Shown here one piece after another: positions 19,438-29,647 of a stretch of 32,000 nucleotides of DNA. How positions within the stretch are numbered: position 1 is the stretch's first letter; each line of letters begins with the position of its first letter. A program made the position numbers and the translations under genes. The notes under the pieces are model-generated. The model searched no databases, was not told the DNA's origin, and saw only the letters and a list, made by a program, of their open reading frames with translations. This DNA comes from Wolbachia endosymbiont of Dirofilaria (Dirofilaria) immitis (GTDB lineage: Bacteria > Pseudomonadota > Alphaproteobacteria > Rickettsiales > Anaplasmataceae), in assembly GCF_013365455.1 (NCBI RefSeq), contig NZ_CP046578.1:510001-542000 (forward strand), in the 5' to 3' direction.

Positions 19438-20091
19438 CTAATATATATAACAACCACTCTTTTTTAGTAAAGTACTAATAAAGGGAATAGTAATATTTGA
19501 TCCCATGGATTCATTATCTATTTTCTCCATAATTTTATTAACACTGCAAAAAGAACGTTCTATCCTTGCTAAAATATAATCAATCACCCTCAAATTAACC
19601 CTAAGTTGTTTATCTGAAAATCGTTTTATCAGCATAATTCGTAATAACTCTTCGCTTGCAGGCGGAATTTTAACACTGGTAGTTGATAGTACACGAGAAC
19701 TTAAATCTTTTAACCTTAAATTAAGTCTTTTTGGCGAAGCTGAAGAAGTAATAAGTAGCCTTTTGTTATTTTCCTTCATATAGTTGTAACAATGTAATAA
19801 CATCACTTGATCTTGAACATTTTGTATATCCTCTAAAACAAAAGCATCACTATATTTCATCTTACTGACAAAATTATTCACATTAATAAAAATCGCATTG
19901 TTTACTGATCGCCAGATGTGAGCAAGGTGAGTCTTACCAGAACCTCGAGGACCAAAAAGAATCAGACATTTCCAAAATAGATCATCAATTACTGAACTGT
20001 ATACGTGCTTATTTTCACATAAAATAATAAAATTTTGCCTACTATAATCAGCTTGATTATTGTTGAATAAATTTAACTGTACATTAAACAT
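19438..20091 (-). CDS. hda: DnaA-related AAA+ protein, Hda/HdaA-like regulatory inactivator of DnaA
   Basis: 217-aa ORF with Walker A LFGPRGSGKTHLAHIW, Walker B-like FVLEDI, and a short size lacking the DnaA DNA-binding domain. Confidence 0.7.
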   Translation of the reverse strand: MFNVQLNLFNNNQADYSRQNFIILCENKHVYSSVIDDLFWKCLILFGPRGSGKTHLAHIWRSVNNAIFINVNNFVSKMKYSDAFVLEDIQNVQDQVMLLHCYNYMKENNKRLLITSSASPKRLNLRLKDLSSRVLSTTSVKIPPASEELLRIMLIKRFSDKQLRVNLRVIDYILARIERSFCSVNKIMEKIDNESMGSNITIPFISTLLKKSGCYIY

Positions 20092-20206
20092 CCTATATCC
20101 CTGACAGTGAGTTTATATCAAAATTCACTTATTCTTCTAGTATACACAGGATATTTTATTATCCACCTCTTCATTATCAATATAGACTAGTTATACAAAA
20201 AATCTG

Positions 20207-21280
20207 CTAGCTACCCTTATAAAACTCACTTTGCAGATATACATCTACTACATACTTTATTGATACATTAAAAATCGCTATTATTGGAATAAAAAATAAT
20301 ATACCTATCAGTCCAAAATATGAAGCGCACGTAGTTATTCCAAGAATAACTACACCCGGGTGCATATGAACTTTTTTCCCTATTAACAAAGGAACTAGTA
20401 TGTTCGCATCTATTAACTGTCCAACACTAAACAATAATAAAACAGCAGCACTCTTGAACCACCAGCTGAACTGAGCAATAGCACTGAAAAAACCAACAGT
20501 AGTATATATTAATGGCCCTATATAAGGTATAAACGTTAGCGTTCCTGCTAAAATTCCAATAGCAATAGGATGTTTTAACCCAATTACACTAAGACCTATA
20601 GAATAAAAGGCTACCATAATAACACATATATTTGCCTGTCCTTTTAGGTAATTAAATATAATAAAATCCACTTTTAAAAAAAAATCTGTAACTTTTTCTT
20701 TATAAAGAACAGGAACTAATTCACTAATCTTTACTATAATCAGAGGCCAATCACGCAACATATAGAAAAACATTGTTGGAATAACTACTACCAATGATAA
20801 TGCATGAATTAAGCCAAAGCTCGAACTCAACGCCTGAACAATAAAATTAACTACAATACCAAAAGCATTTATAGAATAAGACATATAATTACCACAATTT
20901 TTTGCTAGATTTTCGGATAAAAGATCAAATAAACCATCTCCTACTTTTATATTAAGAAACTCTAACACAGATGGGATAGCTTTAAGGTTTAATGAAGGTG
21001 CTTGACTAATTAAAAAATTTAACACCGAAGTAATTTGAACATATATGATAGGTAAAACAAACATAATAACCAATACAAGAGCCAACAGTAGCACAAATAT
21101 TATAAAAATAACAGAATATAGGCGTGGTATTTTATGCTTTTCAAACTTTACCACTAGCGGATTAAATGAATATGCGACAATAACAGATATTAAGCACGGG
21201 AAAATCATATGGTACACTAAGAACAACATACCAATTATAGGAACCAGTGCAAAATAAACAGGTATATGAAATTTTTGCAT
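20207..21280 (-). CDS. AI-2E family transporter (PerM/UPF0118-type permease)
   Basis: 357-aa polytopic membrane ORF with the family-typical C-terminal region ...FIPYIGP....V.......Q..........L.....Q......L.P.L.G......P... Confidence 0.75.
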   Translation of the reverse strand: MQKFHIPVYFALVPIIGMLFLVYHMIFPCLISVIVAYSFNPLVVKFEKHKIPRLYSVIFIIFVLLLALVLVIMFVLPIIYVQITSVLNFLISQAPSLNLKAIPSVLEFLNIKVGDGLFDLLSENLAKNCGNYMSYSINAFGIVVNFIVQALSSSFGLIHALSLVVVIPTMFFYMLRDWPLIIVKISELVPVLYKEKVTDFFLKVDFIIFNYLKGQANICVIMVAFYSIGLSVIGLKHPIAIGILAGTLTFIPYIGPLIYTTVGFFSAIAQFSWWFKSAAVLLLFSVGQLIDANILVPLLIGKKVHMHPGVVILGITTCASYFGLIGILFFIPIIAIFNVSIKYVVDVYLQSEFYKGS

Positions 21281-21811
21281 ACCTTTAGTGTGCTAATTAA
21301 TAAAAAAATACACAACTTATTTTACTCACTTAAAAGGCACTTTTCAATTTACTATCAATTACGTTCCGCAGAACTACTTTAGAAAGCTGGATACCAAATG
21401 AAGTCCTTGAAACATTACACTATCGTATAGCTTTCTCGCATTTAATAACCATGATTCAGTGTTCTCTAATACAACTAACCTTTAGTCATAAACATTTATG
21501 AAATTCACCAATAAAAAAGAAGGTAAAAGAGGCCTTGTAACATCTCTCCCTAATTTTGTAACTACTATCTTAACGCTTTACAAATTCATTTCAGCTTATA
21601 TAAACAAACCAGGAAATGTCGTAAAGATATAAGGTACATACAATACAAAAATTAAACATAGAATATCAATTATGTAATACTTTTATCGCTTAATCTACAC
21701 AAAATTAAAGATAATTGAATACTTATCATTATCATAATAAGAAGGATAGCAAAAATTTGGTAAGCAGTTTTCATTCTGTTTCATAGCTATTTGAAACTTA
21801 TTATTGCACTA

Positions 21812-24289
21812 CTAAAGCCATAAAAAGGTCTGATGCTTTAGTGTTTTTAACTCAGGAAAGCTACCGCCTCTATTTTCTACAGAAGAAGATGGTGTGTTAT
21901 TCCCGGTATTACCTTCGATTTGAATAGTGGGTCGTATCAAAGCAACCTTTATCACCTCATCAATATTCTTGACAAGAACTATGTTAACCTTTTCCTTAAT
22001 CTTTGCTGGAATTTCTTGTATATCTTTCTCATTTTCGCTAGGTATAACTACAGTCTTAATTAATCCTCTAAGTGCTGCAAGTAACTTTTCCCTTAAACCT
22101 CCAATAGCCAAAACTCTACCGCGTAATGTCACTTCACCTGTCATAGCAACACTTTTGTCAACTGGTATACTTGTCATAAGAGAAACAATAGACGTACATA
22201 CTGCACTACCAGCAGAAGGCCCATCTTTTGGTACAGCACCTTCAGGTATATGTAAATGTATATCATTACTTTGAAACCTTTCAGGCTCTATACCAAAAAA
22301 TAGACAATTCGATCGAACATAACTATATGCAGCTTTTATAGATTCTTGCATCACCTCTCCAAGTTTCCCAGTGTATTTTATTTCCCCCTTACCGGGAATC
22401 AGAACTGACTCTATCATTAAAATGTCACCACCTGTTTCAGTATAAGCAAGTCCAGTTACCACCCCCACTAAACTCTCATTTTCTGCAATACCAAAAGTAT
22501 ATTTACGTACACCTAAATAATCTTGTAAATTATCAACCCCTACAGATATTTTCTTACTTTTATCAATCAATATTTTTTTGACTGCCTTCCTCATAAGTTT
22601 TGCAAGCTCCCTTTCCATACTACGCACACCACTTTCACGTGTGTATAAGCGTATTAACTCATATAATGCATCATCATCTATACTCCATTCCTTCTGACGT
22701 AAACCATGCTCCTTTTTCAACTTAGGAATTAGATAATACCTAGCAATATTAACCTTCTCATCTTCAGTGTAACCAGACAATTGTATAATCTCCATCCTAT
22801 CAAGCAAAGGATACGGCAAATTTAAGCTATTCGCTGTAGCTACAAACATTACACTTGAAAGATCAAACTCAACCTCTAAATAATGATCTGTAAAGTGCAT
22901 ATTATGTTCTGTATCCAAAACCTCAAGCAATGCAGACGCAGGATCATCACGCGAATCAGAACCCATCTTATCTATCTCATCAAGCAAAAAGAGCGGATTA
23001 CACGAATTAGCTTTTTTCATGTGTTGAATAATCTTACCAGGCATTGAACCAATATAAGTCTTTCTATGACCACGTATCTCAGATTCATCACGTATACCAC
23101 CAAGAGCAATACGGACAAAGTCTCTACCTACTGCTTTTGCTATAGATTTAGCTAAGGAAGTTTTACCAACACCAGGTGGCCCAACTAAGCAAAGTATAGG
23201 ACCTTTTATCTCTTTTACTCTTTTCAATACTGCTAAAAATTCTACTATCCTATCTTTTACTTTCCCTATTCCATAATGATTCTTATCTAAGATTTTCTTT
23301 GCTGTATTTAAGTTAATTTTTGTATCCTTATACTTTCCCCACGGCAGATCAAGCAACCAATACAGATAATTAGATATAACTGTAGCTTCAGGAGAAACTG
23401 GATTCATTTTCCTATATCTCTTCAACTCAGTTACAGCTTTTTCTTTTGCTTCCTGAGAAAGCTTCGTTTCATTTATTTTTTTCTCAAATTCATTTACTGT
23501 ACTTCCTTCTTCTCCATTTTCAAATTCGCCTAATTCTTTCTGAATAGCTTTCAACTGTTCATTAAGATAGTAAGCTTTCTGAGTGCTCTCAACTTGCGAT
23601 TTAATTGTTTTACACAAACGGTTTTGTGCATCTAAAATGCTTATCTCTCTTTCAATAAAAGTAAAAGTTTTTCTTAAACGCTCTACTGGGTTATAAGTTT
23701 CAAGTATGCTTTGTTTATCTGAGGCCTTTACATTTAGGCACGAAATTATTGTATCTACAAGCTGATCAAGCTTCTTGATTTGTTCAATGGGGTTGATAAT
23801 AATTTCAGGATGATTCTTCTTGTTCAGTTTACACCAGCTATCAAATGCACTTATAACAGAACGTCTCAAAGCCTCTAGATCAACATTATCTTCATCATCT
23901 TCATGCTCATAATAATTACTCAACTCTACTTTAGCCTGTAATAAAGTATGAGAGCTAATATATTCTAAAACTCTTCCCCTGTTTACTCCTTGAACTACAA
24001 CCTTTACTGCATTATCAGGTAATCTTATTAATGATTGTACAATATTTGCCAGCACACCTACCTCATAAAGGTCTTGTGGCTCCGGGTTATCAACAGAACC
24101 ATCTCGTTGTGTTACAAGGAAAATCTCATTTTGACAACTGCTATCATCAATTGCACGCTCTAATGCATTGATAGACCTTTCCCTACCTATAAACAAAGGA
24201 ACGACCATACTTGGGAAAACTACTACATCCCTTAAAGGCAATACTGGCAATGTAACAAAACTAGAGTCTATAGCACATTCAACGCTCAT
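21812..24289 (-). CDS. lon: ATP-dependent Lon protease
   Basis: 825-aa ORF with the N-terminal LON domain (LPVLPLRDVVVFP), Walker A GPPGVGKTS, and the protease-domain catalytic Ser in PKDGPSAGSA plus Lys in GGLREKLLAA. Confidence 0.95.
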   Translation of the reverse strand: MSVECAIDSSFVTLPVLPLRDVVVFPSMVVPLFIGRERSINALERAIDDSSCQNEIFLVTQRDGSVDNPEPQDLYEVGVLANIVQSLIRLPDNAVKVVVQGVNRGRVLEYISSHTLLQAKVELSNYYEHEDDEDNVDLEALRRSVISAFDSWCKLNKKNHPEIIINPIEQIKKLDQLVDTIISCLNVKASDKQSILETYNPVERLRKTFTFIEREISILDAQNRLCKTIKSQVESTQKAYYLNEQLKAIQKELGEFENGEEGSTVNEFEKKINETKLSQEAKEKAVTELKRYRKMNPVSPEATVISNYLYWLLDLPWGKYKDTKINLNTAKKILDKNHYGIGKVKDRIVEFLAVLKRVKEIKGPILCLVGPPGVGKTSLAKSIAKAVGRDFVRIALGGIRDESEIRGHRKTYIGSMPGKIIQHMKKANSCNPLFLLDEIDKMGSDSRDDPASALLEVLDTEHNMHFTDHYLEVEFDLSSVMFVATANSLNLPYPLLDRMEIIQLSGYTEDEKVNIARYYLIPKLKKEHGLRQKEWSIDDDALYELIRLYTRESGVRSMERELAKLMRKAVKKILIDKSKKISVGVDNLQDYLGVRKYTFGIAENESLVGVVTGLAYTETGGDILMIESVLIPGKGEIKYTGKLGEVMQESIKAAYSYVRSNCLFFGIEPERFQSNDIHLHIPEGAVPKDGPSAGSAVCTSIVSLMTSIPVDKSVAMTGEVTLRGRVLAIGGLREKLLAALRGLIKTVVIPSENEKDIQEIPAKIKEKVNIVLVKNIDEVIKVALIRPTIQIEGNTGNNTPSSSVENRGGSFPELKTLKHQTFLWL

Positions 24290-24304
24290 AATATATATCT
24301 TAAA

Positions 24305-25582
24305 TCAATCATTAACTGTGATAACAGTGTCTTTGTTATTACAACTAATCACTGCTTTTCCTACCTCTACCATTTCCTTAGTGATTACTATTGTACTACC
24401 TTCAAAACCTCCATTTCCAGCTGTATACATAATATCAAGCAAAAGTGACTCTAAAATAGCACGCAACATTCTTGCACCTGTTTTATAACTCATAGCCTTT
24501 TCAGCTATTGCTGATATTGCTTCATCTGTAAACTCAAGGTTCACTTTGCTAAACGCAAGTAATGCCTTGTACTGTTTTATTAATGCATTTCTTGGCTCTA
24601 TTAATACATGTACTAAATCTTCATGATCTAACTCATCTAAAACAGCAGTTATTTGAACCCGCCCTACAAATTCTGGTATTAAACCAAATCTAATCAAATC
24701 TTCTGGTTGAACATCATGTAGAACATTCTTTTTCCTTTGCTCCCTAGAATGACTAATATCCGCTCCAAAGCCAACCGATGTTCCTCTTTTCCTTGCTTCA
24801 ATGATCTTATCTAGACCTTCAAAAGCTCCTCCACAAATAAATAATATATTATTAGTATCCACTTGTATAAGTTCTTGCTGCGGATGTTTACGTCCTCCAT
24901 GCGGTGGAACATAAGCAACTGTACCTTCCATAATCTTAAGCAGAGCTTGCTGCACTCCTTCACCTGAAACGTCACGCGTTATTGAAGTGCTCTCAGATTT
25001 CCTCGTAATTTTATCTATCTCATCTATAAATACTATACCACGCTGTGCTTTTGTAACATCATAATTTGCAGCTTGCAATAGACGCGACAACACACTTTCT
25101 ACATCATCACCTACATAACCTGCTTCCGTTAAAGTTGTCGCGTCAGCCATAGCGAATGGCACATCTGAGACTTTAGCAAGTGTTTTAGCTAACAAAGTTT
25201 TGCCAGAACCAGTGGGACCAATGAGCATTACATTTGATTTTTCAATCTCAACATCACTTATAGAGTGAACTTGTGCCATGGATTGACAATGATTATACAT
25301 AGCCACAGACAAAACATGTTGTGCATGCTTTTGACCTACAACATGTTTGCTAAGAAAATTTTTTATGTCTTCAGGCTTCTTCAATAATAACTTCACATCA
25401 GACATATAATCTGAATTGAAAGGCCCTCCTTTCTTTTGACTTATTGCCCTATGAGATAACTCTATGCACTCATTACAAATAAACACCTTTAAACCATCTG
25501 AAGAATTAGTGATCAATTTATCTACTTCATTTTGTGCTTTATTACAAAAAGAACAACGGTGTAAATCATTATTGTTACCCAT
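24305..25582 (-). CDS. clpX: ATP-dependent Clp protease ATP-binding subunit ClpX
   Basis: 425-aa ORF with an N-terminal C4 zinc finger (CSFCNK...CNECI), Walker A GPTGSGKT, Walker B FIDEIDK, and the GYVG pore loop. Confidence 0.95.
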   Translation of the reverse strand: MGNNNDLHRCSFCNKAQNEVDKLITNSSDGLKVFICNECIELSHRAISQKKGGPFNSDYMSDVKLLLKKPEDIKNFLSKHVVGQKHAQHVLSVAMYNHCQSMAQVHSISDVEIEKSNVMLIGPTGSGKTLLAKTLAKVSDVPFAMADATTLTEAGYVGDDVESVLSRLLQAANYDVTKAQRGIVFIDEIDKITRKSESTSITRDVSGEGVQQALLKIMEGTVAYVPPHGGRKHPQQELIQVDTNNILFICGGAFEGLDKIIEARKRGTSVGFGADISHSREQRKKNVLHDVQPEDLIRFGLIPEFVGRVQITAVLDELDHEDLVHVLIEPRNALIKQYKALLAFSKVNLEFTDEAISAIAEKAMSYKTGARMLRAILESLLLDIMYTAGNGGFEGSTIVITKEMVEVGKAVISCNNKDTVITVND

Positions 25583-25593
25583 TAATTTACCCT

Positions 25594-26193
25594 CTACTTA
25601 ATTTTAACATCTTCACGCTCAGCCATCACTCTATCAACTAAGCCAATTTTCTTAGCTTCCTCAGAATCCATGAATTTATCCCTCTCCATCATTTCTTCAA
25701 TTTTCTTTAGTGAATTTCCAGTATGCTTCTCATAGATCTGATTTAGCTTCTTCTTAACTCGCAAAATCTCATTAGCATGTATCTCTATATCAGTTGCCTG
25801 ACCTTGATAACCACCAGATGGCTGATGTATCATAATTCTTGAATGAGGCAAAGAATAACGCTTGCCCTTTGTACCAGCTGCAAGCAACAGAGAACCCATA
25901 GATGCAGCTTGACCTATACACAAAGTTGAAACATCCGGCTTTATATACTGCATCGTATCATAGATCGACAGACCAGCAGTCACAATACCACCTGGCGAGT
26001 TAATATACATATAAATATCTTTGTCAGGGTTTTCTGACTCTAAAAATAAAAGCTGTGCCACTATTACACTAGCCATGCTATCTTCAATAGGTCCAGTGAC
26101 AAAAATTATCCTCTCTTTTACTAATCTTGAATATATATCATAAGCACGCTCGCCACGACTAGTTTGCTCAATTACAATCGGTATAAGAGTCAT
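25594..26193 (-). CDS. clpP: ATP-dependent Clp protease proteolytic subunit
   Basis: 199-aa ORF with the catalytic Ser in GQAASMG and His in IMIHQP, plus YINSPGG. Confidence 0.95.
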   Translation of the reverse strand: MTLIPIVIEQTSRGERAYDIYSRLVKERIIFVTGPIEDSMASVIVAQLLFLESENPDKDIYMYINSPGGIVTAGLSIYDTMQYIKPDVSTLCIGQAASMGSLLLAAGTKGKRYSLPHSRIMIHQPSGGYQGQATDIEIHANEILRVKKKLNQIYEKHTGNSLKKIEEMMERDKFMDSEEAKKIGLVDRVMAEREDVKIK

Positions 26194-26203
26194 ACCCTTC
26201 CTA

Positions 26204-27547
26204 TTAAATATTATAAAATAACTCCTTTAACTCTTTCACAGAAACAACTTGCTCTTCCTTATTAACCTTTTCCATTATATAACCTGTAACTTTATGCTCA
26301 AGAGCTTGTCCTTTAACTAACCCTTGAAACTGCTTATCTGACTTAAAATGCTTCACTACTTTATCAAGCGGCATGCTCTTATCGACATACTGATTCATAA
26401 CAACACTTAGAATATCATTTTGAGTCAACGATATTTTATGCTCCGTACTAAACTTCATAAATAACACTGCAAGCTTTACACGCCTTTCAGCCTCCTTACA
26501 GGAATCATCCCTAAAATTCAATTCCTTTTCTACTCTCTGTTGTTCCTGTTTTACTACCTCTGTAGGTAATCCAAAGCTATAATTAGCATCTAAATAATCA
26601 AACAACTCCTTCTTAATCAAGATATCCCCCATTTCTTTACACTGATTACCAATTATTTCTTTAGCATAATTTTTCAGTAATGAATAATCTTTAAACCCCA
26701 TTCTTTTAGCTACTTCATCATCACTTCCAAAACCTTGAATAATTTTAATATCACTAACTAGAACAAAAAAATCAGCTTCCTGTCCTGCGATAGGAATCAC
26801 CTGATAATCTTCAGGGAACTTCAACTTAAAGTTTTTCGTTTCTCCCTTTCTCATACCAATCAATTGATCCTCAAAACCATTAACAAGTGTCCCGGAACCT
26901 AAAATCACATTAAAGTTCTTGTCACTTCCACCTCGAAAAAGCTTATTTCTAATTCGCCCTTTAAAGTCAATTATAAGTTTATCTCCATTTTTTGCTCGAT
27001 AAGAAACATCACTAACAGAGACAAAATCAGGAAATTTTGCCTTCATAGAATCAATAAATTCTTTTATATCTTCCTCTTCAATTTTTGCTTCAACTCTCTT
27101 CAAATTTATTTTGTCAAGATCTATCGCTGGCACTTCTGGCATCGATTCGAAAGATAGCCTATATATAAAATCGTTCTCTTTATCCTTTTTGTCCAGATTT
27201 GGCAGTGACACAATGTCAACCTTAGGATAAACGTGAAATTTAACTCCAACCTTTTTTATCAGATCACTAGAGCAATAATCAATCACATTATTTACCACAT
27301 ACTCTAAAGCCTCGCTTTTATAATTCGTAACAACAAGATCATAAGGCATCTTTCCAGAACGAAATCCAGGCAATTTTGCATTCTTCGCTATTTCTTGCAG
27401 CCTAGAACCCATTTTCTGCCTTATGCAATCACTACTCACTGTGATTTCATATTCATGCTTAAGTTTATCTATACCTAACTCCCTATAAGTATAAATGCTA
27501 CCCAATACACCTATTTCGACTGCACTTTGAGGTATACTACTAGACAT
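26204..27547 (-). CDS. tig: trigger factor
   Basis: 447-aa ORF with the ribosome-binding motif GFRSGKMP, a central FKBP-type region (DF.G.....F.GG) and an acidic C-terminal arm. It is the first gene of the tig-clpP-clpX-lon run. Confidence 0.9.
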   Translation of the reverse strand: MSSSIPQSAVEIGVLGSIYTYRELGIDKLKHEYEITVSSDCIRQKMGSRLQEIAKNAKLPGFRSGKMPYDLVVTNYKSEALEYVVNNVIDYCSSDLIKKVGVKFHVYPKVDIVSLPNLDKKDKENDFIYRLSFESMPEVPAIDLDKINLKRVEAKIEEEDIKEFIDSMKAKFPDFVSVSDVSYRAKNGDKLIIDFKGRIRNKLFRGGSDKNFNVILGSGTLVNGFEDQLIGMRKGETKNFKLKFPEDYQVIPIAGQEADFFVLVSDIKIIQGFGSDDEVAKRMGFKDYSLLKNYAKEIIGNQCKEMGDILIKKELFDYLDANYSFGLPTEVVKQEQQRVEKELNFRDDSCKEAERRVKLAVLFMKFSTEHKISLTQNDILSVVMNQYVDKSMPLDKVVKHFKSDKQFQGLVKGQALEHKVTGYIMEKVNKEEQVVSVKELKELFYNI

Positions 27548-27697
27548 TGTAATCTATTTATAAGTATTTTAATACACACCTTAATAAAGTTATTTTACCA
27601 GAATTTAATTTAAATACAATCCTTAAGAAGGGTTTTTTACACAAACAAAAATGTATCTAGTGATTATAAATTTTTACTTAAACTTAAATTATACAAG

Positions 27698-27779
27698 TGC
27701 GGATAGAGGGACTTGAACCCCCACGAACAAGCTCACCAAGACCTAAACCTGGCACGTCTACCAATTCCGCCATATCCGC
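27698..27779 (-). tRNA. tRNA-Leu (anticodon UAG), type II with long variable arm
   Basis: The reverse complement reads GCGGATATGGCGGAATTGGTAGACGTGCCAGGTTTAGGTCTTGGTGAGCTTGTTCGTGGGGGTTCAAGTCCCTCTATCCGCA. Acceptor stem is GCGGATA/TATCCGC, anticodon stem-loop is CCAGG-TTTAGGT-CTTGG, and T arm is GGGGG-TTCAAGT-CCCTC. CCA is not encoded. Confidence 0.95.
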
Positions 27780-28064
27780 AAGAATTTTCCAGCAATTCGT
27801 AGCTGCCATAAACTCATTCTATCACCCTATAATAGGATTAAGCTTGAAGATCAAATTTGAGTGTCACAAATTTAGTTAACAACTTATAATATTGACCAAC
27901 CCTACTTATAAATCTACTTAAGCAAGCATAAATCACTTAATTAATATTATAAATATAACATCAAAATACTCAAGATCTAAAGTCTTATCAACTTATGGCA
28001 TTTACACAATCAGAAAAGCTTATTAATATCTTTTAACGAAAATTCTAAATTCTGAAAATCAATA

Positions 28065-28658
28065 ATGAGACTGATAGTAAATTTTTTACTTGCAACTTTC
28101 TTGATTACACAGAGTGGGTGCACAACTCTTATAATAAGTGGCGTAGTAGCCACAACAGCAACAGCAGTAGCAATGCAAGATAAATCTTTAGGAAATACTG
28201 TTGACGATACAACTATAATAATTAGAATCAATAAGAGCCTCTTAAAACATGGACTATTTTCATCCATAAAGGTTAAAGTAAGTGAAGGAAGAGTATTGCT
28301 CATTGGAAATGTTGATACACCTGAAAAACAGCTTACAGCAGAAAGAATAGCCTGGCAAGAAAAAGAAGTCAAAGAGGTGATAAATGAAATAAGGGTAACA
28401 CCAATTCAAACAAATTCTATACTTGATACTATTATAGATGGTATGATAACAGCAGAAATAAGAACAAGGTTCCTGGGAAAAAGAAACATCAAATCAATTA
28501 ATTACAGCGTCAACACTGTTGATGGAGCTGTTTATTTAATGGGTATAGCTCAAAATAAAGCAGAACTAAAAGCCGTAATAGCAATTGCAAGAAAGGTTAA
28601 AGGAGTAAAGCAAGTTGTAAGCTACGTACGACATAGACACAGTAAGCTACGACGCTAA
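28065..28658 (+). CDS. dual BON-domain lipoprotein, DolP/YraP-like
   Basis: 197-aa ORF with a lipoprotein signal peptide and lipobox (LITQSGC), followed by two BON-type units (...VKVSEGRVLLIGNV... and ...VNTVDGAVYLMGIA....A..IA..V.GVKQV). Confidence 0.8.
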   Translation: MRLIVNFLLATFLITQSGCTTLIISGVVATTATAVAMQDKSLGNTVDDTTIIIRINKSLLKHGLFSSIKVKVSEGRVLLIGNVDTPEKQLTAERIAWQEKEVKEVINEIRVTPIQTNSILDTIIDGMITAEIRTRFLGKRNIKSINYSVNTVDGAVYLMGIAQNKAELKAVIAIARKVKGVKQVVSYVRHRHSKLRR

Positions 28659-28708
28659 TGAAAACTTAGCTTATAAACGGTAGTTTTATTTTAAAGGTGG
28701 TATGTAAA

Positions 28709-29647
28709 ATGAGAATTGCTTTTCAAATGGATGAAAATATAAATTTTGAAACTGACACTACATTTGCATTAATAAAAGAAGCACAAAAAAGGAACCACGA
28801 GATCTTCATCTATGTTCCTAATAATTTAGCATTAAATTTAAACCAGCCAGTCGCTCTTGCTCAGAAAGTCAGCGCTGATGATTCTAGTTTTACCTCGAGA
28901 AAAGATGTAACAATCAATTTGAATGAAATAGAAATCATTTTTATTAGACAGAATCCACCTTTTGATATACGTTACATTACAACTACCTATATTTTAGAAA
29001 AGACTAATGCTTTAGTAATAAATAACCCAACAGAGATAAGAAATTGTCCTGAAAAATTAATCACTTCACTATTTCCAGAATTAACTTTACCAACTTTAAT
29101 TACCGAGAATATATCAATGATTAGAAGTTTTTACCACAATCATAATAAAAATATTATTCTGAAGCCATTATATAATTATGGAGGAAACGACGTAATAAGA
29201 ATAAAAGATGAAAGCAACATTCAAGTAGTAGCAGAACTCATGATTTCAAAATATGAATGCCCTGTAATTGCGCAAGCATTTTGCAAAAATACAGATAAAG
29301 ATAAAAGAACACTACTATTGGATGGCCAACCAATTGGAGTAATGAAACGAATCCCAAGAGCTAGTGAAGAAATAAGAACAAACTTGCAACTTGGAGCAAG
29401 TTTTGTACCTGTTGAAATGAATGATAGAGACAACGAAATTTGTAATAAAATCGGCCCTGAACTAAAGAAAAGAGGATTAATATTTGTTGGCATTGACATT
29501 ATAGATAATTTTCTCCTTGAAATTAATACAACTTCACCTACAGGTATAGTTTACATTAATAAGCTATATAATATAGCATTAGAGAAAAAACTATGGGATA
29601 CATTTGAAGAAAAAGTAAGTAGCCACACTCATCATCCAAATCTTTGA
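28709..29647 (+). CDS. gshB: glutathione synthetase (ATP-grasp)
   Basis: MRIAFQMD start, R.NPPFD, KPL...GG, and EINTTSPTG near the C-terminus. AGGTGG lies about 10 nt upstream of ATG 28709. The track ORF begins 4 codons earlier at GTG 28697. Confidence 0.88.
   Translation: MRIAFQMDENINFETDTTFALIKEAQKRNHEIFIYVPNNLALNLNQPVALAQKVSADDSSFTSRKDVTINLNEIEIIFIRQNPPFDIRYITTTYILEKTNALVINNPTEIRNCPEKLITSLFPELTLPTLITENISMIRSFYHNHNKNIILKPLYNYGGNDVIRIKDESNIQVVAELMISKYECPVIAQAFCKNTDKDKRTLLLDGQPIGVMKRIPRASEEIRTNLQLGASFVPVEMNDRDNEICNKIGPELKKRGLIFVGIDIIDNFLLEINTTSPTGIVYINKLYNIALEKKLWDTFEEKVSSHTHHPNL

Noticed and set aside
27697-27879. 60-aa plus-strand ORF (MRIEGLEPPRTSSPRPKPGTS...)
   Set aside because: Its 5' half is simply the complement of the tRNA-Leu gene, so the tRNA explains the sequence.
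18659-29499. Other embedded track ORFs: 18659-18856 (+), 21045-21257 (+), 21927-22274 (+), 24168-24488 (+), 28010-28372 (-), 29221-29499 (-)
   Set aside because: Each is antisense within a strongly supported gene: xerD, the AI-2E permease, lon, the lon/clpX junction, the BON lipoprotein and gshB respectively.
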